64,000 nt of DNA, taken from NCBI GenBank assembly GCA_963675495.1, contig OY776215.1:1152001-1216000 (forward strand), in the 5' to 3' direction. Position numbers and translations under genes: made by a program. Source of the DNA: an uncultured Methanolobus sp. (GTDB lineage: Archaea; Halobacteriota; Methanosarcinia; Methanosarcinales; Methanosarcinaceae). The notes beneath the pieces are model-generated. The model was given only the letters and a program-made list of their open reading frames with translations. It searched no databases and was not told the origin of the DNA. Numbering within the stretch: the first letter of the stretch is position 1; each line of letters opens with the position of its first letter. Of the stretch, positions 12,265 through 20,480 are shown one piece after another.

Positions 12265-12510
12265 TTATCCAGAGCTGCGCTTCACAACTTTCCTGACAGT
12301 TCTGCCCCTGAAATTAACCCCCCCAACAAGCTGGACACCGGGCTTTCCCTTTATTGCATCTGCATAGTCACCATTGAAAGTGGCTATTATACTCTTGTTT
12401 GCAACAACCTCTACGCGTCCACCCACACCAACAAGGGCTTTTAGAATACCTTCTACCTGAGAAGGGGTTGCATTATCAGCAACCCTTATGATATGTGTTT
12501 CCACAGACAT
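12265..12510 (-). CDS. Small hypothetical protein, possible I9/subtilisin-propeptide-like ferredoxin fold
   Basis: 81 aa, 5 nt after the upstream stop; beta-alpha-beta-beta-alpha-beta pattern ending ADAIKGKPGVQLV, then a basic tail. Confidence 0.75.
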   Translation of the reverse strand: MSVETHIIRVADNATPSQVEGILKALVGVGGRVEVVANKSIIATFNGDYADAIKGKPGVQLVGGVNFRGRTVRKVVKRSSG

Positions 12511-12515
12511 GAAAC

Positions 12516-13595
12516 TTAGTTCCTGGAAATGGACTTCCTGACTGACGCTATTCTGGCGGCCTGCCTGTCAGATAGCACCGCCCTGACATCATTCGCAGCC
12601 CCTGTGACAGCAGGTTTTGCAGCAATACCGGAAACCGCAGCGAACTCTACCTTAGAAGTGGCTACTACAATATCAATTGCAGTTCCGATGTCTGCATGCT
12701 CCCCGGCAGTTACTGATTGGCTGAGAACCTTACCGGCATTCAAAGCATCAGTTTGTTCCGTCACCTTTCCGGAACGAAGCTTAACAGCTTCCAATGCTTT
12801 TTGAGCAGAAGCCAGATTCATACCTACAATATTTGGCACTTCAACTGAAGTGATCTTTGATATAACCAGATCCACAGCATCCCCCGCTTTTGCAACCGAA
12901 CTGCCAGATGGTATCTGAGAGAGTACTGTCGCCTGTTCAAGAGAACTGTCCTTTTCAATGACATCACCCTGTACAAAACCAGCAGCCTTTATTATAGATA
13001 CTGCCAGGTCCATATCCAGCCCTACAACATCAGGCACATCAATATAATCAGAGAATATGCGTTCTTTAGATGATGAATTTATAGTGAATTCGACCTCGCT
13101 CAGGTTGTCTGCAGGAATCACATCGTCTGCCTTTGGAAGCTGGAAACGTAGTTCATCGTCCTTCACAGCTATATTTGTCCTGAGCTTGATGTTCATGGAA
13201 CTTACGTTATAGTCCACCCTTGAGGACTCCGAACTCATAGACTCATCCATTTGCACAAGGGAATCACGAAAAGCCTTAACGAGGTTTGCAGAAGATAATT
13301 CAGGTCTTGTACGCGAAAGTTGTTCCAGTTTCCTATCACTTTCAGCTTTTTCTTTTAGTATTTCCTGAACCCTGCTGTCAAGGATAGCATAATCCTGTTT
13401 CAACACCAGGTTTTCTTTTTTTAACTGTTCGATTGAATCTGTTTTAGTCATCAGCTCTTTCTCTACAGCCTCAAATTCAGACTCAACAGCCACGATGTTC
13501 TTCTGGAGCAGAGTATAACTCTGTTTTTTTGATGCAGCAGTGGTTGACTTATTTAAACGTTCAATATTCTGCCTTAGTTCCTTAATATCGCTCAT
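12516..13595 (-). CDS. Coiled-coil + DUF2589/Trypco-like domain + two PASTA domains
   Basis: Heptads at aa 1-95; PASTA-type repeats VPDVVG...A...IKAAGF...TVLSQ.P..GDAVDLVIS and VPNIVG...A...LEAVKL...GKVLSQ...GTAIDIVVA; RBS GGAGGGG; no signal peptide. Confidence 0.85.
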   Translation of the reverse strand: MSDIKELRQNIERLNKSTTAASKKQSYTLLQKNIVAVESEFEAVEKELMTKTDSIEQLKKENLVLKQDYAILDSRVQEILKEKAESDRKLEQLSRTRPELSSANLVKAFRDSLVQMDESMSSESSRVDYNVSSMNIKLRTNIAVKDDELRFQLPKADDVIPADNLSEVEFTINSSSKERIFSDYIDVPDVVGLDMDLAVSIIKAAGFVQGDVIEKDSSLEQATVLSQIPSGSSVAKAGDAVDLVISKITSVEVPNIVGMNLASAQKALEAVKLRSGKVTEQTDALNAGKVLSQSVTAGEHADIGTAIDIVVATSKVEFAAVSGIAAKPAVTGAANDVRAVLSDRQAARIASVRKSISRN

Positions 13596-13611
13596 TCCAC
13601 CCCTCCACTCA

Positions 13612-14019
13612 TTACTCTTCCACTATCCTTGAAGAAGAAGGAACTGATACTATTTTTGCCTTAAGAACGCTTGAGCCCTCTACATCATATGAGTTTAGTG
13701 ATTTGTAAGAAGCATTCAAAGGTGCTGCATTAAGGACCCGTTTATATCCACGTATACGGTTCTTTGAATCTCGTTCTTCCTCATATTTCATGGACAGGGC
13801 CATTTTAAGTTCGATATCAACTTCAGGTATGTGATACCAGGTAGCTTCAAGATCGAACTCCTGAAGCGCTTCATCAGTTGAAAGTTCTATTTGTGTATCA
13901 ATGGAATTACGGTCAAGTGCCCTTTGTGTCTGTGCAATGGATTTTCCCATCTCACTTAATATGGTTGAAAGCGGACTGACAAGAACCTCTTCAATACTTT
14001 CGCTACTATTGGATGGCAA
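13612..14019 (-). CDS. Hypothetical protein, paralog of the upstream gene (DUF2589-like)
   Basis: TTG start with GAAGGAGA RBS; PLSTILSEMGKSIAQTQRALD aligns with PFGDMIKEMAFAIAEGQTALD of the upstream gene. Confidence 0.85.
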   Translation of the reverse strand: MPSNSSESIEEVLVSPLSTILSEMGKSIAQTQRALDRNSIDTQIELSTDEALQEFDLEATWYHIPEVDIELKMALSMKYEEERDSKNRIRGYKRVLNAAPLNASYKSLNSYDVEGSSVLKAKIVSVPSSSRIVEE

Positions 14020-14057
14020 AGTATAATCTCCTTCAATGTTCTGTTAAAAATAAATTG

Positions 14058-14081
14058 TCAATGCAGATATCACTGCATTGA
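14058..14081 (-). terminator. Intra-operon hairpin followed by a U-rich tract
   Basis: Perfect 9-bp inverted repeat TCAATGCAG-6nt-CTGCATTGA, followed on the minus strand by CAATTTATTTTT. Confidence 0.55.
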
Positions 14082-14097
14082 TCCAAATATACCTGCC

Positions 14098-14709
14098 TTA
14101 CTCTGAGGAACTCTCTTTGACCCTGACGGTCGGGATAGCTCTCTCTGGTGGTGGCACTGGTTTCAGCGTTGTACGCAGAAGACTGGTACCTGATTCACTG
14201 AAGGTATACTTTGACTTATATGTTGCATCATAGGTCGATGTGTATGCAACATTGGTTGTGTTCTCGTAGCTTACCTTAGCTTTGCCAAATAGAAGACCTG
14301 CAAGACCACCGGACTTGTAGCTTCCACTTATTTTGGACTCGTTGGTGAACTTGAACTCCCTACCATATTTCCTTTCTGTTGAATACTCCTTCTTCATTGA
14401 GATAGTCATTTTGACCTCAATGACAGATTCGGTGAATTCATAGAAACGAGGTTCAAGACCATATGTAAGTAAGGACATGGGTTGATCATTTGTAACCACG
14501 TCTGTAGCAGTTACGTTCCCATCCTCATCTACAGTTTCCTCTATATAGAGAATTACACTCCCAGCTTCCAGCTCAGTCTCTGCAAGGGCCTGTGCAACAT
14601 TAATCGAATTAATGTCCAGAGCAGTTTGTCCCTCTGCAATAGCAAAAGCCATTTCTTTTATCATGTCCCCAAATGGAACATCTAATAGTTTTTGACCAAC
14701 AGATGCCAT
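14098..14709 (-). CDS. Hypothetical protein, DUF2589-like, with long S/T/Y-rich beta-hairpin
   Basis: ATG with GGAGGG RBS; N-terminal helix P-F-x-x-M-I...AIAEGQ..LD, strand FYEFTESVIEVKMTISM, C-terminal GTSLLRTTLKPVPPP. Confidence 0.85.
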   Translation of the reverse strand: MASVGQKLLDVPFGDMIKEMAFAIAEGQTALDINSINVAQALAETELEAGSVILYIEETVDEDGNVTATDVVTNDQPMSLLTYGLEPRFYEFTESVIEVKMTISMKKEYSTERKYGREFKFTNESKISGSYKSGGLAGLLFGKAKVSYENTTNVAYTSTYDATYKSKYTFSESGTSLLRTTLKPVPPPERAIPTVRVKESSSE

Positions 14710-14931
14710 TAAATCCCTCCAAATTTTTTATACAATATATAATGGAACAGTATACCATATAGACTTTGCTAAAAATATTAACATTATTATAAAAATATAA
14801 TTCTTAATTTTTGACTTCGGAACAAATAGAAATATGCAAAAAACAAAAATAAATTTACAAATAAAGCATGAGTAGAAATATGAGATCCAATAAAGACCTA
14901 AAAAAGAAAATGAAGACAGGATAATCTTAGA

Positions 14932-15528
14932 TTATCCCTGTGTTATGGACCTGCCCATCTCAAAAGCCCTGACATTGATATCAATTGTCTTCTGTGGGAC
15001 AAGCTCCCTGACGCATCCCATAATAGTTTCAACAGATATTGGAAGGTAATTTGAAACTGCACCCACCATGACAACATTCATGGACTGGGGATGTCCTGCC
15101 TCTTTTGCAAGTTCGGTTGCATTGAAGGCTTTTACTTTGTGACTCTGTTTAAGTTTTTCAATGATAGCATCAACATCCGGATAGCTGCAAAGCCCTGAGG
15201 TCACAGTGACCGGAAGAATTGGATCGGTGTTCACTATGATGACCCCATCATCAGAAAGGAATTCAAGATACCTGAGTGCCTCACTTGGCTCTAGTGCAAG
15301 CAATACGTCGGCCCCCTTCATAGGGATCATTGAACCGAGCTCACAGTCAATCCTTATATGATTGACAACTGAACCGCCACGTTGTGCCATTCCATGAGTC
15401 TCAGCTGCACGGACTGACATATCTTCCTTTACAGCTGCCTTGCCAATGATATCAGATGCAAGGATAGTTCCCTGTCCACCTACACCGGCGATGACAAGAT
15501 CGAATTTAGAAATTCCTTCTGCACTCAT
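14932..15528 (-). CDS. iorB: Indolepyruvate ferredoxin oxidoreductase subunit beta
   Basis: AGVGGQG, ETHGMAQRGGSV, ALEPSEALR. Confidence 0.95.
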   Translation of the reverse strand: MSAEGISKFDLVIAGVGGQGTILASDIIGKAAVKEDMSVRAAETHGMAQRGGSVVNHIRIDCELGSMIPMKGADVLLALEPSEALRYLEFLSDDGVIIVNTDPILPVTVTSGLCSYPDVDAIIEKLKQSHKVKAFNATELAKEAGHPQSMNVVMVGAVSNYLPISVETIMGCVRELVPQKTIDINVRAFEMGRSITQG

Positions 15529-17354
15529 TTCTTCACCTCCGAGATGGCATCGAACTTACAAAGAGTGGCGCACACTCCACAGCCTGTGCACATTGAATTG
15601 ATAGATGCCTTTTTGGTATTTGCGTCAAACTCAATTGCAGGACAGCCCAGGTTCACACAAAGTCTGCATCCAACACACGCATCCGCATCGATAGTGAACG
15701 GTTTTCTGCGAAGACCTGAACGTTTTGCATCGATGACACAAAGCTGTCTTGTGATCACAACGGATGTTCCTTTGTAGTCCTTTGCTCTTTTGAAGACCTC
15801 TTCCGTCTGCTTAAGGTCATAAGGATCGACGGTTTCTACAAACTCAGCACCAAGCCCTTTACATAATGCTTCGATTGAAACCTGAACTGTAGGCTCACCG
15901 GTTGCTAGCTTACCCATTCCGGGATTTGGCTGATGACCGGTCATTGCGGTTATTCGGTTATCTACTATAGTTACTGTGATGTCCGCTTTATTATAGATAG
16001 CATTGAGAAGACCATTCATTCCCGTATGGAAGAATGTTGAGTCCCCGATTGAGCAGCAGATAGGTCTCTTCTCTCCTGCCTGATACATTCCGCTTGCCAC
16101 GGTTATACTACCACCCATACAGAGTGTGGTGTCTACTGTACCGCTCTGGATACCCAGTGTGTAGCAGCCGATGTCACTTGGGAAGATAGCATTCTTGCCA
16201 TAGACCTTTTTCATGACATGGAAAGTTGCCCTGTGGGAGCATCCCGGGCACATGACAGGAGGACGCATGGGCAGATCTATCCTACATGCATCATAGTCGA
16301 AATCTTCTGTGACTTCAGAAGGAACAGCCGACGTTTCAAGTCCGAGAACATCGGCAAGAACATCGGCACAGATGTCGGTGTTAAGCTCGAATATCCTTGG
16401 AACAGGGCCCTGCATCTTGCCAATAATTTCCGCACTGGAACCGGTTTCCTGTGCAATTATCCGGACCTGTTCTTCAACCACTGGCTCCATTTCTTCGAAA
16501 ATAATTATACGCTCAGAGTTCTCCATGAGAGTGCGTATCTTGTTCTCAGGAACAGGATATGTTCCAATCTTGAGGAATGATGCATCCACACCCTGTTTGA
16601 TGATGGCTTCCTTTGCATAGACTGAAGCGATTCCTGATGCTATGATACCGACCTTGGCACCCTCACATAGTTCAAGTGAATTCCATGGTGAGTCTTCAAG
16701 CTCAGTCAGGATGTCATTTTGTAATTCAAGCAAATGAACGTGCTGTACCCGAGCATTCTTAGGAACCATGACCCATCTTTCGAGTTCTTTCTGGAAGTCT
16801 GCTGTGGGTTTTGTCTCGTTCACAGGTCCAAGCTCCACATCGGATTTGCCGTGCGAGATACGTGTTGTTGGTCTGAATATTACAGGCATCTGAACCTTGT
16901 TAGAGAAGTCAAACGCATATGACATCATATCCTTGGCTTCCTGTGGTGTGGCAGGATCCAGACATGGAATTAATGAGAATTGTGAATATCTGCGGGTGTC
17001 CTGTTCGTTCTGCGATGAGTGACATGATGGATCATCCGCAACGATGATTACCATACTACCTTTGACACCTGTGTATGCAAGAGTCATCAACGGGTCTGCT
17101 GCTACGTTAAGTCCCACGTGCTTCATGGTGACAACTGAACGCACTCCAGCCATTGCAGCACCTGCTGCCACTTCAAGTGCAACCTTCTCATTGACCGACC
17201 ACTCTACATAAAAATCTCTTTCCAACATTGCTGCCAGAGTACCGATGATCTCAGATGACGGTGTCCCAGGATACCCGGATATGACCTGCCCGCCTCCTTC
17301 AACGATACCGCGTGCAATTGCAACGTTTCCCAGCATGTACTCGCGTGTGCTCAT
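15525..17354 (-). CDS. iorA: Indolepyruvate ferredoxin oxidoreductase subunit alpha
   Basis: GYPGTPSSE, NEKVALE, SSQNEQD, RPPVMCPGCSHR, TPP motif GDSTFFH...DN, C-terminal 2x[4Fe-4S]; start re-called at MSTREY. Confidence 0.96.
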   Translation of the reverse strand: MSTREYMLGNVAIARGIVEGGGQVISGYPGTPSSEIIGTLAAMLERDFYVEWSVNEKVALEVAAGAAMAGVRSVVTMKHVGLNVAADPLMTLAYTGVKGSMVIIVADDPSCHSSQNEQDTRRYSQFSLIPCLDPATPQEAKDMMSYAFDFSNKVQMPVIFRPTTRISHGKSDVELGPVNETKPTADFQKELERWVMVPKNARVQHVHLLELQNDILTELEDSPWNSLELCEGAKVGIIASGIASVYAKEAIIKQGVDASFLKIGTYPVPENKIRTLMENSERIIIFEEMEPVVEEQVRIIAQETGSSAEIIGKMQGPVPRIFELNTDICADVLADVLGLETSAVPSEVTEDFDYDACRIDLPMRPPVMCPGCSHRATFHVMKKVYGKNAIFPSDIGCYTLGIQSGTVDTTLCMGGSITVASGMYQAGEKRPICCSIGDSTFFHTGMNGLLNAIYNKADITVTIVDNRITAMTGHQPNPGMGKLATGEPTVQVSIEALCKGLGAEFVETVDPYDLKQTEEVFKRAKDYKGTSVVITRQLCVIDAKRSGLRRKPFTIDADACVGCRLCVNLGCPAIEFDANTKKASINSMCTGCGVCATLCKFDAISEVKK

Positions 17355-17577
17355 GATATTCTCCTGCCAATCCATACTTAATGATTATTGATAAAGATAT
17401 CTAAGAAGATGTTACGTGTTAACATGGGTCAATACATCTTGATTTGTACAATGTCTCAGCAATCACCAAAACAAAAGGTATTTTAATTTATTTTGAAATG
17501 AAAGGGCTTTTATATCCGTTCCACCTATTAAAGCATGAAACTATTTTTACAATAGTACCACCCCCCAAACCCCACAA

Positions 17578-17613
17578 GAACACCGGTGATTTTAACCGGT
17601 GTTCATTCTTTTT
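17578..17613 (+). terminator. Strong hairpin plus T-tract with no plus-strand gene upstream
   Basis: GAACACCGGT-7nt-ACCGGTGTTC perfect 10-bp stem followed by ATTCTTTTT. Confidence 0.6.
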
Positions 17614-17849
17614 GTCAGAAAGTATACTGTTTAGATACGAATAGATGTAATCAAAATTAATTTGCATTAAACATAAATCTGTTTTTCTTAGAACTTGACT
17701 TTGCATCCTAAGTAAAGAATCCTTTACTTAAAATATTGAACCACGCCATCAGAATCGACAAATATAAAACCAAAGAACTATGTGCAATATCAATATAAAT
17801 TATATAATACTTATATCACTCTTTTAAAAAACCCAAGGTGGTTTATTTT

Positions 17850-19202
17850 ATGGTTCTGGAAATTGAAGAAAAGGTCATTGAGGCAAAGAAGGCATCCATT
17901 ATCCTTGCAAGTGTCAACACGGATACAAAGAATGCTGCTCTTGAAGCAATGGCACAGGCGCTTGACGATAATCGCGATAAGATACTTGAAGCAAACCGGA
18001 AGGATGTTGAGACTGCAGAGAAGCTTAAGAGGAAGGGAGAACTTACCCAGGCTCTTGTGGACAGGCTCAAGGTAAGCGACAGCAAGATCAGCGGAATGAT
18101 AGACGGCATTCATGATGTTATCAATCTTGATGACCCTGTGGGTGAGACCATTGATGCACTTGAACTTGATAAGGGACTCGAACTCTATAAAGTCAGTTCC
18201 CCTATCGGACTTATCGGAGTAATATTCGAAGCACGTCCTGATGTAGTACCACAGGTCATGGCGCTATGCCTTAAAAGCGGCAATGCCACCATATTCAAAG
18301 GTGGAAGCGAGGCACTCAATTCCAATCGTGTTATCTTCGACCTCTTAAACGAAGCAGCAGAATCCGTAAAAGGAATGACAACAGGCGCATTCCAGCTAAT
18401 GGAAACAAGGGAAGAGGTCAACGACATCCTCAGTATGGATGCATACATAGACCTTCTAATTCCAAGAGGTTCCAATGCATTTGTGAAATACATGCAGGAT
18501 AACACAAAGATACCAGTTCTCGGACATGCAGACGGTATCTGTCACGTATACGTCGATGATGAGGCAGACCTTGGAAAAGCATACAACGTCTGTTTTGATT
18601 CCAAAGTCCAGTACCCTGCTGTCTGTAATGCGATGGAAACGCTGCTCATCAATGAGAATATAGCCGAAAAGTTCCTTCCGAAAATGGCACGGATGTACGA
18701 CGAAGCAGGCGTAGAGATGCGCTGTGATGATGGATCATTCAAGATACTCGAGCAGATAGACTTCCTTAAAAGCATAGTGAGAGCCACTGAAGACGACTGG
18801 AGAACAGAGTACAACGATCTTACACTCTCCATAAAGATAGTCACCTCAATGGAAGACGCCATCGAGCACATCAACCATTATGGATCCCATCACACTGATG
18901 CGATCATAACATGCAACAATCTCAAAAAGAAGAGCTTCACCGACCTGGTCGATTCATCGAGTGTCATGCTAAATGCATCCACAAGATTTGCAGACGGCTT
19001 CAGATATGGAAAAGGTGCAGAAGTAGGCATCAGTACCAACAAGATACACGCACGTGGTCCGGTGGGAATGGAAGGACTGCTCATCTACAAGTACATACTT
19101 GTAGGCAATGGAGATATGGTCGCAGATTATGCAGGGCCTGAAGCGAAGAAATTCACACACCGCAGGCTCAACAAGACAGCATCAAATGCCATTTCCAGGT
19201 AA
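17850..19202 (+). CDS. proA: Gamma-glutamyl phosphate reductase
   Basis: PIGLIGVIFEARP, LKSGNA..KGGSEA, CNAMETLL, NASTRFADG, GISTNKIHARGPVG. Confidence 0.97.
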   Translation: MVLEIEEKVIEAKKASIILASVNTDTKNAALEAMAQALDDNRDKILEANRKDVETAEKLKRKGELTQALVDRLKVSDSKISGMIDGIHDVINLDDPVGETIDALELDKGLELYKVSSPIGLIGVIFEARPDVVPQVMALCLKSGNATIFKGGSEALNSNRVIFDLLNEAAESVKGMTTGAFQLMETREEVNDILSMDAYIDLLIPRGSNAFVKYMQDNTKIPVLGHADGICHVYVDDEADLGKAYNVCFDSKVQYPAVCNAMETLLINENIAEKFLPKMARMYDEAGVEMRCDDGSFKILEQIDFLKSIVRATEDDWRTEYNDLTLSIKIVTSMEDAIEHINHYGSHHTDAIITCNNLKKKSFTDLVDSSSVMLNASTRFADGFRYGKGAEVGISTNKIHARGPVGMEGLLIYKYILVGNGDMVADYAGPEAKKFTHRRLNKTASNAISR

Positions 19203-19263
19203 TAAGAAACAGAATAAACGTACAGATATCAATAAAGCAGGAAGGAAAACAGGAGCAACACTT

Positions 19264-20388
19264 TTGATCGACAGGAAAGAGCTCTTCAATGATGTGAACA
19301 AGATCGTCATTAAAGTAGGCACATCATCCATCAATACCGAAAACGGCAAGCTTAACCGTCAATTTATGGAGAGCATGGCGCAACAGATAGCTGAACTGCA
19401 CGAAATGGGGAAAAAGGTCATCCTGGTAAGTTCAGGTGCAATCGGTATTGGGATAGATATACTGGATTTTGACAGCAGGCCAAAGGAAATACCGGTCAGG
19501 CAGGCATGTGCTGCTGTAGGTCAGGGTTTACTAATGCAGGAATGGGGAAATTCCTTCGCAAAACACAACCTCAAAGTAGCACAAATTCTCCTTACCTACG
19601 AATCATTCTCCAACAGGCTGACATATCTTAACCTCAGGAACAGCATATCCACCCTGCTTAGCTATGGTGTCATACCGATCATCAATGAAAATGACAGCAC
19701 ATGTGTTAACGAGATCGAAGCAACATTCGGTGACAATGACAAACTTTCTGCGATGGTTGCCAGCAAGATGGAAGCCGACCTCCTTATAATCCTCTCCGAC
19801 ATAGACGGCCTCTATAATAAAAATCCCAAACGCAACAACGATGCGAAACTCCTGAGTCTTGTAGAAGCTATCACGCCTGAAATAGAAAGCTATGGAGGTA
19901 ATCCCACAAGCATGAAAGGTGTTGGCGGAATGAGAACCAAGATCGAAGCCGCAAAGATATGCCACATGTCAGGATGTTATATGATAATCGCCAATAGCGG
20001 TGTTGATAGTATTATCACAAAAGTACTTGATGGAGGAGACATTGGAACACTGTTCCTCGCAAACCAGGAAGTTCAAAAGAACCGGATACGCTGGATACTA
20101 CTCTCAAAAGCATGTGGTTCCATTGAAGTGGATGCCGGTGCTAAGGACGCCGTACTAAACAGCATGAGCCTGCTACCTTCAGGAGTTATTAGTATACATA
20201 ATGACTTTGACAGAGGAGAGATAGTTGAGATCGTCTGTGAAGGAAAGGTATTTGCAAAAGGCATCACAGACTACACATCCGATGAATTGGAACAGGTCAA
20301 AGGCAAGCACACAGATATGCTAGCTGATATCCTTGGTTACAAAAACTACAACCACGTCATAAAGAAAGAGAATATAGGGATTTGCTGA
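19264..20388 (+). CDS. proB: Glutamate 5-kinase with PUA domain
   Basis: IVIKVGTSS, VSSGAI, PIINEND, FGDNDKLSA, GGMRTKI; start re-called at TTG after AGGAG. Confidence 0.96.
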   Translation: MIDRKELFNDVNKIVIKVGTSSINTENGKLNRQFMESMAQQIAELHEMGKKVILVSSGAIGIGIDILDFDSRPKEIPVRQACAAVGQGLLMQEWGNSFAKHNLKVAQILLTYESFSNRLTYLNLRNSISTLLSYGVIPIINENDSTCVNEIEATFGDNDKLSAMVASKMEADLLIILSDIDGLYNKNPKRNNDAKLLSLVEAITPEIESYGGNPTSMKGVGGMRTKIEAAKICHMSGCYMIIANSGVDSIITKVLDGGDIGTLFLANQEVQKNRIRWILLSKACGSIEVDAGAKDAVLNSMSLLPSGVISIHNDFDRGEIVEIVCEGKVFAKGITDYTSDELEQVKGKHTDMLADILGYKNYNHVIKKENIGIC

Positions 20389-20480
20389 ATCTATTTACTA
20401 GTTCTGCTCATTTTTTCATCAATATGCATTAATCTTTAATAATTAATTCACTACATACATATTTCAAATTGAGATCTAAA

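Noticed and set aside
12216-14931. The four-gene operon as a mobile element or prophage remnant
   Set aside because: No integrase, transposase, terminal repeats, adjacent tRNA or recognisable capsid/tail genes; all four genes look intact
19108-19263. N-terminal extension of proB overlapping proA
   Set aside because: Homology and an AGGAG RBS point to the TTG at 19264; the extension is an ORF-calling artefact
17850-20388. proAB without an adjacent proC
   Set aside because: proC may lie elsewhere in the genome; this cannot be judged from one window
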